DNA of 64,000 nucleotides, from NCBI GenBank assembly GCA_002633005.1, contig NMRA01000623.1, positions 62,001-126,000 on the forward strand, written 5' to 3'. The notes beneath the pieces are model-generated. The model saw only the letters and a list, made by a program, of their open reading frames with translations, was not told the origin of the DNA and did not search any database. Origin of the DNA: Phoronis australis (taxonomy: Eukaryota > Animalia > Phoronida). The position numbers and the translations under genes are program-made. Shown in pieces: positions 14,472 to 25,756 of the stretch. Position 1 is the stretch's first letter, and the number at the start of each line of letters is the position of its first letter.

Positions 14472-17400
14472 CTCCATCATCTGATTATCCACCTCATCTG
14501 TCGCAGTGAACACGTGTTTTCCCATGTACTCATCCTTGAGCACATTGGCGTTCCAGATCTGTAAGCAGATTTATCAAGATCGTCAATAGTGGGCATGGCC
14601 CATTTAACAGGTTCATTTCCAAAGTTTCTTTAGAAGAGAATTCCTTTATGCCAAATAAACTATTCTAAAATTAAGACATTACATGTAATGTTGAGGTGGG
14701 GGTTCACCAGGCAGGGTATTAAAAATTCAGGTGAAAAAGAACATGATACATTATCAGTCATTGAAAGATTTGTCTAAAATTGATATCCTGCCCTCCTGGC
14801 ATGTAGGTTGTCTCCTGTATGACATTTTGAATTTGAGTTAATTGAATCCCGGCGATGGACAGTTCAGAGACCATCGTATCAATTGTAATTTGATAGCTAA
14901 GCGAATGATGGAAATTTCTTGAAAATTCATGAAAAAACTACCGTGCAAAAGGTTAAGCAAGCATAACGTCTATTCTTGTGCGTATCTGTTGGCAAAAACT
15001 TGAACTCAAGCTTTCATTTTTACTTGACAATGGCTCGGTTGCATTCAAACACATCGTCATTTTTGCTTGATGAGAAAAAGCTTCCCTTGAACAATTAACA
15101 ACAATGGCGCAGACTTGTCACCAATCAGCAACACGCTGTATGGTTATTATCTACTCCAACAAATAACAGAGCTAGTTTTAAACAAACCAAGGCTCAGCAA
15201 AAATAGAGTTATTTATAAACTGACTAAGACACAAGTCTACCAAGCTTGAAGCTCGTAGAATGAATTTTTGATTTAATTTTTAAGACATAGAAGCACAATT
15301 TTTCTATAACAAAAATCCAGAGTTCTGTGCCATTGTATTTTAAGAATTCTGTAACAAATACAGACAATCTGCACTGGCAGACAGTTGCTAGGCCACCATG
15401 ACTGCACACAATCGCACACATACACCCACAGTGATAGTGCACAGTACCTGCACACACATACTCACACATACACCCACAGTGACAGTGCACAGTACCTGCA
15501 CACAAACACGCACACATACACCCACAATGACAGTGCACAGTACCTGCACACACACACTCACACATACACCCACAGTGACAGTGCACAGTACCTGCACTTT
15601 AATAGGCTTCTGAGCACTTCTTCTGAAGAATATACACGACTCATTCCAATCTGGATCAACTGTGTCCTTGATAGTGCGAGTACGAACACTGGTGCCCTCA
15701 CAAGAAACTATGCAGTATGGATCAGCTCCTGTGGATCACAAAATACAAACTATGCAGTATGGACCAGCCCCTGTGGATCACAAAATACAAACTATGCAGT
15801 ATGGACCAGCCCTTGTGGATCACAAAATACAAACTATGCAGTATGGACCATCCCCTGTGGATCACAAAATACAAACTATGCAGTATGGACCAGCCCCTGT
15901 GGATCACAAAATACAAACTATGCAGTATGGATCAGCTCCTGTGGATCACAAAATACAAACTATGCAGTATGGACCAGCCCCTGTGGATCACAAAATACAA
16001 ACTATGCAGTATGGACCAGCCCCTGTGGATCACAAAATACAAACTATGCAGTATGGACCAGCCCCTGTGGATCACAAAATACAAACTATGCAGTATGGAT
16101 CAGCTCCTGTGGATCACAAAATAGAAACTATGCAGTATGAACCAGCCCCTGAGGATCACAAAATATAAACTATGCAGTATGGACCAGCCCTGTGGATCAC
16201 AAAATACAAACTATGCAGTATGGACCAGCCCCAGTGGATCACATAACACAAACTATGCAGTATGGACCAGCTCCTGTGGATCACAAAATACAAACTATGC
16301 AGTATGGACCAGCCCCTGTGGATCACAAAATACAAACTATGCCGTATGGATTAGCCACATGCTTGGTAGCTTACTAATTTATCCTAGCACCATGGCAACC
16401 ACTGAAGTGATGGGTTAGTGAGACTGGAATTCATTTCCATTCCATAAGCAATGTAAGTTAATGTGTTAGGGTCTCCTACTGCAGTCCAGGCTTACCTCCC
16501 TGTTTGTCCTGCTTCTCAAGGCCAACAGCTTTAACCAGTCTCACTCTTGTTGTCATTATAGGAGCTGTGAAGAACAAACAGGCACACATGCCAGGCTGTG
16601 GGTGATCCTCAGATAATTCCCTGGAAAGGTTCAAATTATGCGAGTTGAGCAGCAAACCAAATAACGACAAATGATTCAACTCTGAACACTTTAGCAGTTA
16701 ACTGCCCAAGTTCGATGTTAGATAGAACCCAAACAGTTAACAGTGCACAACAGATGGGACTAGCTGTAAGGGTCCAGTCACAGCAAACTCGTTCTCAAAA
16801 TACTCAAGCTCAAGTTAGCAGTTTCATGAAAATGAACTTGGGGTGGGTGCAGACGTGCAAAAAAACAAGCTTCGTATATTACTAACTTTGAATCATTAGA
16901 TGAACTTGTATACAATCGCAGAAGGAAGTTGCCCGGGTGACCTCTGTCAAATGTGGCAGGTACAACGACGTATCTTCCTTTCTTGAGAAGATGTCTCAAG
17001 AAGATTCCCCGACTGTTTTTAAACACGGATGACTTGACCATTTCTTGAGGCTGGTGCAAGCGGTAGCTGCGGTTTTCTTCCACCTTTAACACAAGTAGAA
17101 CGTTGATACACAGTCACAGAGATCTGGACCCTACTGTTACACTATGGGTAATTCAGTGTTTTCCCAGAACACTCGTCTGATTGTAATACAATCATGAGGT
17201 TGAAATACAATTACACCCGTTGCAGCTAATGAGACCACATACGTTATTAGGAAGAGAATCTTTTCAAAAAGCGGAACGATAAACAGAGTAATTTTCCACC
17301 CTTCACATAAAATTTTAAGAGAGCATTCAGCAATTTTAAATTTTTGAAGTGGTTTAAGTTCAAGCATATGGTTTCACTCACAACAGTATATCAAGTGTCC

Positions 17401-20400
17401 ATTCTCGTCCTCTACCTCTGTCAATAAACACAACAACACAAAAGTAATACCTTCATCACATGAAAGCCTATCGTATCTTTTTCTGCATCCTTGCCACGGC
17501 CGACTTTCTGTTCAAGAGATATCATTACATCCTCATCTTCTTCTTCGGTAATAGTAAATGCATACTGAAAAGAAGAAAGTGAAGCTAAAAGAAAAAATAA
17601 GTGTGTTTCTTATGTTACAAATCTACATTAAAAAGGAGAGGAGAGCGCTTAGATTGATCACACGAAGTGACCATCAAACATTTATTCCAGCCATTCACCT
17701 TCCAGCACAACACTTGCCCACATAATCCAGTTCTAAAGCGGCTATAAATCTGGACTTCTACCATAAAAACCAACTTCTATTCGGACCACTGTTATGAAAT
17801 TGGCCTCAAATTGTTTTTTTTAGCAAAATTAGTATTTCAGGGCTTTGAAAGACAGTTGGTTATTGCATGAGACCAGGCTCTACAAGTTGGCTTGTCACGA
17901 CGGGTCACTGAGTGCACCGAGTATAGTCACAAGGAATAACAAAATGAAAGTCCTCTAAAAACCCAGTAAACACTTCTCAAGTTGAGATCAATTTTCTGGC
18001 GGTTAGTCTAAATCAATAGTTAGGTTCTTGGACACACTGTAAGTTCATCATCCATTTTAGGTATGTCTACCAGGGGAGGGTTTGTTGGAAGGGCGCGTAA
18101 CCAGTGAGGAGGGTTCAGGACTCGTGTGGTTCACTACACTTGATGGTTTCTAACAAACTTGTTCCTTAACGTATGGATTTCTCAGAAATGTGCCACTTTA
18201 CCTGTGGATTTTTCAGGAATGTGTCCTTGTTATTAGCACAGCCTCCTGCACGGTCAGGCTGCGTCCACGCACCATGGTAGACAGCCTCGTGATACTTCTT
18301 ATGAACGCTGAGGAAGGAGGTATTCACTACGCGACAGATGGTCATGTTCATGAAGTAACGGCAGTAATCCTCCAGCAGCATCCTAATAAATAAATCAATG
18401 GCTTAGAAACCCTTGAAACACTATGCAGGTTAGCTAATTGAAATAACAAGATCAAGCAGTGTTGATATGCATTCACCATGTGCATCAAAAACAGCACTGA
18501 TACAAGGGTTGGTCACTTTTTGAACATACTCACTACAGGGAGCAATACAAATTAACTTAAAATGGCCTCCAGTGGCCGGTTGCATGAAATGATCCCAAAT
18601 AGGGACTCAACTAAGGTCCCTAAGTCTTTTTGCATATTTGTGTCTTTATGGACTCACAAATGCAATATTTTTCCATCGGTTCATCTTTATTATGAGCTCA
18701 TTTTTATTAATGACATTTTCTAATAATATAACTAAAAACTGAGTCCAGAGTTCATTGAAAGTAAATAGAGACTCAGTCCTTAAATTGGGGGTGTTGTATG
18801 AAAAGACCCCTGATTATTTTTGATAATATTGACAATTCAACGTAGAGTTTACTCTCAATTTTGTATCAAAGTCGAAAGTTGACTTAGTAATAAAACTAGA
18901 ACAATACAAGAAAGGGCAATCGATGTTTTCACAAGTCCAAAAACACACAGCAGATTTAGGGAACTTAGTAGATTTAGGGAACTTAGTTGAGTCCCTATTT
19001 GGAACAGTACTGTTTCATGCAACCGGGCACAGGGTCCGCAAAGCAAGTCAGCTAAGCTCTCCTCAACTACAACACATCCCTCACCTTTCCTCACGATTCA
19101 TCAAACAGTTCAGCAGGTATTGCGGTGGATGAAAAAACAGATACAAATATGGTAAAAAGGCCACTAGGGGGCACAGAGAAACAGGGCATATGCCGTAATC
19201 TTCCTGACAGTAACTTATTTGCCAAATTTCATAAAGATCCTTCACACAACTTGATAGAAATTGAGCCACAGGTAAAACGTTGCCAGTCATGCTCTTCATA
19301 TTGTAAGTCGTGTTCTCAGTAGAAACACACACATGGTCATTTTCAAAACTATTTGTCACGCAGTTTAGAGGATAGAGAGGTGGACCACAAAAGAACGGGA
19401 CTCAAAAACTAAACAAGAGTAACACAGAGCATTGGTATGCACCCACCGTGTGAATTACAAACAGTGCAGATACAAGAGATGTTCCTTATTTCATACCTTC
19501 CCACTAAACAGAGCAATGTTAGTAAACTAGCTGGTGCAAAGCAAGTCAGCAGTGCTCTCCTCCATACTCACACACCTGCCAATTTGCATCAAGAACTTTG
19601 GAGGATAGAGAGGCAGAAGACAAAGGACACAAAAACAGAAAGGCCACTAGGAGACAAAACGTGGGTCAAATCCACCTGAAACAGGACCAGTGCTGCCGTC
19701 TGTAATACTAATTATTTGCAAACATCCATCAAGGAATATTGGTAGATATCAAGCCTAACACAAAGAAAACAAAATTGCCATCAGGCAGCTCCATAGCCAG
19801 TTGCATATGTCCCATCAGTCGTACTTGTCTCAATAGAAACACATGTCAAATTTCATAAAGATCCATCAAGGAATCTGAATTGAGCCACAAACAAAAAAAT
19901 AAAATCACCAAAAAAGGATGCCACACCATTAGGACCCATGCAAAAATCATCCTCAGCAATGCACTTCCAAGTGAAAACATACAATCTTAAATTCATATCT
20001 ATTTGTCAAATTTCATGAAAATCTGTCAAGGAACTTCGAAAACACAGAGGCAAGTGTACAAATTAAAATTGCTGCTAAGGGGCACACCTGTAGTCAGATT
20101 CATTAGAATATTTCGCTCATGCTGTCCCATCCATGATTAAAACATGCATGTCTGCAAAAATTCACGAAAATCCATCACAGGGTTTTAGAGATACAACAGT
20201 GGACGTTGGACGCCAGATGGGGATTATTTTTGTGTGGGTGCAAAATGTGATTAGGAGCAAGTGGATTATTGTGGCAGAAATAAATTATTACTTTTACGTC
20301 CATTTGTAAAATAGGTTGATCACAAAAAAGGGAGTCTTATCCGAATAGATTGTAAAATACATTTTGCCTTAAGCCCCCCCCCCCTCAACGACAAAAGTTT

Positions 20401-23400
20401 CTATTGAAAAGTTTCTGAGCACCTGTACACACCTCTTGGCTGGGGCAACCTACTTATTAAGTGTCTGGAGTTACTCACCAGAATTCACCATCATCCTCAA
20501 AGGTTAGGCCAATCTTTTCACGGTCAGATGAACTAATTTTATTCCACTCAGCTGACCTGAAAAATACATTGTTGAAACAAAGCCTTAGCAAACCTTAGGA
20601 TATCCCATACACAAATACTCATGTAGACAAATTCATTGACAATTCAGAAACAAAACTCACATGTAAGCTCATCAAATAATTATATATCCCTTTAAAGAGC
20701 CTCTAGCCTCACTCACCCATCACTGAATCTGCCCTTCCACTCCACTTCACCCCAGGGATTCCGTAGACGGACCATAGCAAGCTTCTCCTTATTAAAAAGG
20801 TTGAACAAACCCGTCCCAGACAGCGCTACTCGCTTCACTGCAGTGATTCCATAGGCATGACCTTTGACCAACCCGACATCAGTGTGGGCCTCCATTTCTG
20901 ATGCGCTTGTTGCCTATGTTAAAGGAAATAACTAACATGTTCTCATGAACAGTCACTAGACAGAAGACTATTGATAACACTAGTGCAATAGAACACTACA
21001 TATAGTCGCTAGATCACTGATAACACTAGTGCACTAGAACACTACATATAGTTACTAGATCACTGATAGTGCACTAGAACACTACATATAGTCACTAGAT
21101 CACTGATAACACTAGTGCACTAGAATACTACATTATTTTGAAATCTGAAATATCTGATGCAGTAATCATAGTCAAAAAAATTGTTTTTACAGCATTCAGA
21201 ATGTTGTTTTTGAATGACTCCATGAACTCAACATAAAAGATTTTTATTTCATTACAAAAATGCACTTGGATCTATCTCCATGGCGATAACTTGACACAGA
21301 GTCCAGTAACAATAGTGATACACTTACAGGTATAGCTGCAGCCATCAGAGACCTTCTGTCCATCTCTTTACTCATCACATGGTACAGTTCTCCCTGCTTC
21401 TCGCTGTCCTCGCTGTAACCTTGGGTCAGGTCAATAGGTTCAGCTATACCGCCCGTGAAGTCAACAAGAGCCTCTTCCAGGCCCCCACCGTCCAGGGCTT
21501 CATAGCATCCAAATAACCTGGGGTAACACAAGATTTAGAATGAATCACGAGTTTAAACATACGAGAAACTCATATGACAGTAGAAATTTTTAAACACACT
21601 TACAAGAAACTACAAATTACCAGATCCATTAAGTATTCAGGTAGAACAAGCACAAAGGCTGCACACTATTTGGGACAACACAGATCACACAGTGAGATTA
21701 AGAGAGGATTGTGGGACACTACAGGTGTATACTGTAATTATCTGTGTAAATGCCCACAGGTTCATTTTCAATATTTTCTTTGGGACATCCATATTTCTCA
21801 GCTGAACACCTACCACTACTTTTTTGCTGTGTACATTTACTTATATAAATACAGCAATACACTAGACTATGAATGCCAGTTGCAGTAGGTCTTTCAGTGA
21901 TGTGCAGGACTGTGAATCACATAATGTAACATTTAGAATTAAGAACATGAATGTGATCTACAAGCATACTCTTCCCAGTGACATTATTTAAGTGTGTGAA
22001 TAAATCCATCCTCTCAACATGCAAACCAACTTTTGATTGAAACCACTCATCATTATGAAATTGGCCTCGATTTGTTCCTTTGTCAAACTGGAGGTGCTTT
22101 TAGTTTGTAGAAAGAACGGACAAGTTTGCTATAAGTCGGTTGCCTCGGCCAATCATTTATGCGCTTAGCATGACCATAAAGAATAACAAATTGTCAGTTC
22201 TTCGAAAATTCAAAAATCACTTCTCATCTGAGCATAGATTATACAACAGATTTGCGACTTCGAAATCCTAGAGGAGGCACCACCCTCTAAACATAGCAAA
22301 CTCAGCTTCCCGTTGGAGTATTGCGACGGGAAATTCTTGCATCAATTTTACTGTCCAGCATAGCAGACGACATACTTGCCGGAAGTAAAGCGCGCTATGT
22401 CCGCCAGGTGTCACTAGTGAATAGCGACATCACGGTTTATGCGTAAGATCACAGATGTCTTCCATTGAAAATATATAGAGTTGGCAGTACATGTACTACA
22501 GTCTGAGTACGGAAAGTGTTAATACCAATTTTACAGTCTATATGGTAAGCAGTGTAAATCAAAAGTTCGCTTCTTGGATGGGACACAGGTTTAAAGCCGT
22601 TTACTCACTTTGCATAAGCCTTTTCCAGAAGCGCACTCCAAAACTCATTGCGCTCTTTAGAATGAACAAAGACCAGCTCTCCATTAATGGTTGGCAGCTG
22701 GTCGTCAATGACAACATCCACCCACTCGCCGTAGCGGCAGAACTGGAAGTGAAAGATGCCAGCGTAATTCTCCGGCTTCTCTGCATTCCATTCTTGGTCT
22801 TTCCAGTTTGGAATTACCTAAAACAAACATTGATTATGTTAAAGTAAAACATTCATCACCAGTGTTAAAGCTGCACAGTATCGGCCTGTTTAGCAGACTA
22901 AAAACAAAAACTGAAGGCTTTTTACTCACATCTTAGACTATAGTACATGGACCGCCAACTCCATTGTTTTCAATGGACGAAATCTGTGACGTTACGCATA
23001 AGCTGTGATGTCATTATTCACTAGTAACTCCTGGCGAAATTAGCAAGTGTTACTTCTGGCAAGTACGTCGTCTGCTAATCGTGCTCGGCTGTTGTGTGGT
23101 TGAGTGCCAAAACTACTCATGATAACAATGGTTCTATTATTGGAAGATTTTGAACAGCATTTTAAAGCTCAAATTTTTTTTTCGTTGTACAGTACTGGAC
23201 AGTAAAATAGATGCGAGAATTTCCCGTCACAATACACAAACCAGAAACTGAAATTGGTAATTTAGGAGAGTGGCGCCTCCTCTAGGATAGTATGTCCTAG
23301 TTGCAAATCTGTTGTCTATAATCTATACTCTCATACAATCGTCTTATACTATTCTTTACTATGATGTGATTCCATTTTGAACATCAACAAGGACATCAAA

Positions 23401-25756
23401 ACCACCAGAGTTTATATGAATTTGCCAACCTTTAAATTGCAAATTCAAAAATGACGCATGTGAACACATTGCTTACTGTATAACCACCTAAGCCCTATAT
23501 AGAAATAAACAGTTTTTGGTATCGAAATCTTTACATACTTCTTCAAAATCTAATTTCTTTTCCATCATCTCTCACAGGACCTGAATCGCAATGCCAGTTT
23601 ATCTATCATACTGTGTTGTTATCAGAAAACAAACATGAACCAACATACCAGACCAAACCTATAACAACAGGCACAAAATAACTTAATACATATTACATAT
23701 TAAGGTGCGATATAAAGTCAATAATAAAATCCTGAGCTTGCCTTGTGCCAGATTTCCTTTTCCTGTGCCAAACATGAACACGCCGCCACAAACCAACAGT
23801 TACCAAGACGACCCTGGTGAACGTCGCCACTGCTGGCACCCTCTACAAACAACTTGGGATCTTCACAAATGTCCTGGAAATAATGGAACTTTTTACATAC
23901 TGCAATGATAAGGTAGTAACGCTTGTTTCACTTTTTGAAGCATTGTTTTTTTGATACGGAGTCCTACTGAACTTGTATGGCTCAAGTACCAGAATTCCTC
24001 ACTTATTTAGCACTCAATATGGCCGACAAGTGAAATTCTATTGCATCAAATTTCTCAACAAATGAATTAAGAAAAAATTTAGTTTATCACTAGCTTTGTA
24101 CTATGTAGATGTCATAAAACTTTTGGTAAAGTTTCCATTGTTTGTAGCAAGAATCAGACCTTTGAAAAATCGCAGAATGACAATTTGGACAATTGTGTTT
24201 GTGTGACATAAGTAGAGAATAACCATATACTAAAAAAGAACCAAAACCTGTTACAAATATCTTGACTTCCGAGAAAATGATTTCAAGCACAAAAACGTTG
24301 AGTTTGAGTCCAGATTGGAACTTGGGTCCTGATATCAGCTTAAACTCAATTTCATCTCAGGTCCACAGGTAAAATGACCAATACAAAACAATCACAATTG
24401 GTTATTAAGAAAAGTTGTATCATAGCGGTGGACCTACATTTTAAAGAAGGGGGAATTTACTTAACCAGCGGCGCCTTTATTGGAGGTGGCATTTGTTTTA
24501 TTCCAATTGTGGCCCTTGAGAGGGGTTAATCCCCCCCCCTGACCTAACATGCCGTAGTTTCCCCACTATTGGGACTGATTTTCAGGACTATCCCATCTTT
24601 CAAACAGTGTCAGCACTAAAAAGAACAAAAAGTGTACTTTCAAGTGACCCAAGTTGCATCTATAACATTGATATAGACTTATCCCTTATGACAGCTCATT
24701 CCTTAATCCTCACGACCGTGCATGACTCATAAAAAGCCAATCTTTAGAGTCTGTTCTTGAGCACTAATGACCTGTCAGTTCTTTCAAAACCCAGAAATTA
24801 TTATTCTATTATTATTATTATTATTATTATTTAAACTTCTTTAAAAGACTGGGTGACCACTTCAGTGAATACACTGATTTTCAAATGGCCCAGTCGGTAA
24901 TAATTTCATGAAGCAAAATACAGACAGCTATGTACAATTAGATTGAAAAGATAATAAATAAAATAAATTAGTATAAAATTAGTTAATAATTATGTACAAT
25001 TTGATGAATAAATGAGATAAAACAGAGTAAAGTAGTGATGAGCTGAGGTGTACAGCAACGAACCACGCACAAAGTCTCAATAATTCTGTTTGAAGATGTG
25101 GACAATGGGCGCGTTCGCGATGGAAATCCACAGCCCGTTGTAAGCGACAGCACCTCTGTAGGGAAATAGGCAAAAGTTCTTTTGCCACAGTTGTTTTTAG
25201 GTTTAACTGGTACCAGGCACCAAGAAACACTCGCTCTGACTAAGGAACAACTAGAGAGGGTTTGTAGCTGCTTTAAGTAATACGTTTTTGTTTTTTTTAT
25301 GATGTGCTGTCAAATATGTCGACAAAGCATCATATATTTTTACATTACAATCACGTCCATTTTCAACTTTTACTGTTTAAAGCTGTATAGTATGTATAGA
25401 TGGAGAAGACAATTTTGAAAATGTGCACTTGCACATTTTCAAAATTGTATTCTCCATCAGAACTCACAATACACATTTACCTCCGTCTAAATCAGTTTTA
25501 AATATGTGCATTCCTTCACTCGCGTACATATTATCGAAATACTGTATAAACTACGTAAAAATCATCCTCGAGTAAAAAGAATCACCTTAGGACGTTTCCA
25601 TTGTACACCAGCAAGTTTTCCAGCTGTGTAAAACAAGGAGGCGTCCACAGCAGGGAACTGATTATCAACAAACAGCTGGCCACTGGACTGCGCTGCCTTC
25701 TTCAGGCTGCTATAACTCTGACCTTTGTAAGGTGTTGGTGAGTGGAACAGGCTCAT
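14376..25756 (-). CDS. CAPN5: Calpain-5 / TRA-3-like atypical calpain (CysPc + domain III + C-terminal C2), 12 coding exons, about 637 aa
   Basis: Manually spliced exons (5'->3'): 25756-25586, 23873-23742, 22817-22609, 21517-21328, 20913-20717, 20556-20479, 18382-18202, 17564-17451, 17083-16887, 16620-16496, 15728-15592, 14558-14376. Total 1914 nt, phases consistent, open frame ending ...SRDLDHF*. Catalytic motifs are QGRLGNCW (Cys), GLVKGHAY (His) and LRNPWG (Asn). [10 protein letters not shown] and [12 protein letters not shown] (C2 domain) are typical of CAPN5. All introns are GT-AG except intron 2 (GC-AG). Confidence 0.95.
15400..15597 (-). repeat. 48-nt minisatellite spanning the splice donor of calpain exon 11 (3 extra donor copies)
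   Basis: Minus-strand unit gtgcag|GTactgtgcactgtcactgtgggtgtatgtgtgagtgtgtgt. GT positions are 15590-91 (true), 15542-43, 15494-95 and 15446-47. Confidence 0.92.
15706..16350 (-). repeat. 42-nt minisatellite spanning the splice acceptor of calpain exon 11 (about 16 units including the exonic one)
   Basis: Minus-strand unit tgtattttgtgatccacAG|gggctggtccatactgcatagtt equals the intron end plus the first ~23 nt of the exon. The true junction is at 15728/15729. Confidence 0.93.
19411..20246 (+). mobile_element. Degenerate member of the same HINE-like family in calpain intron 6 (counterpart about 9424-10226; further fragment about 54850-55235)
   Basis: aaacaagagtaacacagagcattggtatgcacccac start, ccactag/aaatttcat subunits, and end tgtgtggg(c/t)gcaaaa. 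Confidence 0.5.
20951..21133. repeat. About 46-nt intronic VNTR (about 4 units here, about 2 units at 10931-11020)
   Basis: Unit actagatcactgataacactagtgcactagaacactacatatagtc; copy number differs between the two calpain copies. Confidence 0.85.
22230..23330. repeat. Two copies of one interspersed repeat in inverted orientation flanking calpain exon 3 (third copy about 54426-54540)
   Basis: 22230-22507 (atagattatacaacagatttgcgact...tcctagaggaggcacc...ttactgtccag...catgtactacagtctgag) is the reverse complement of 22932-23330 (cttagactatagtacatg...ctggacagtaa...ggcgcctcctctagga...gcaaatctgttgtctataatctat). Confidence 0.78.

Larger units (their letters stand above)
3393..23114. repeat. About 10 kb direct duplication (3393-13000 vs 13002-23114) joined by a single N at 13001
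   Basis: Sequence after the N (ggaggg[g]attggaacgaaccatttaggag) restarts the sequence at about 3393. Sequence before the N (...gtgtggttgagtgccaaaact) recurs ending at about 23114. The left parts differ by SNPs and indels, while the last ~1.8 kb look identical. Confidence 0.93.

Noticed and set aside
15706-16350. CRISPR-like appearance of regularly spaced repeats
   Set aside because: Units are contiguous with no unique spacers, there are no cas genes, and the context is a eukaryotic intron.
15385-16418. Long repetitive plus-strand ORFs (251 aa, 168 aa, 135 aa; also 5790-6425) resembling His/Thr-rich repeat proteins
   Set aside because: They are by-products of 42- and 48-nt (multiple-of-3) minisatellites antisense to calpain exon 11; there is no independent evidence of coding.
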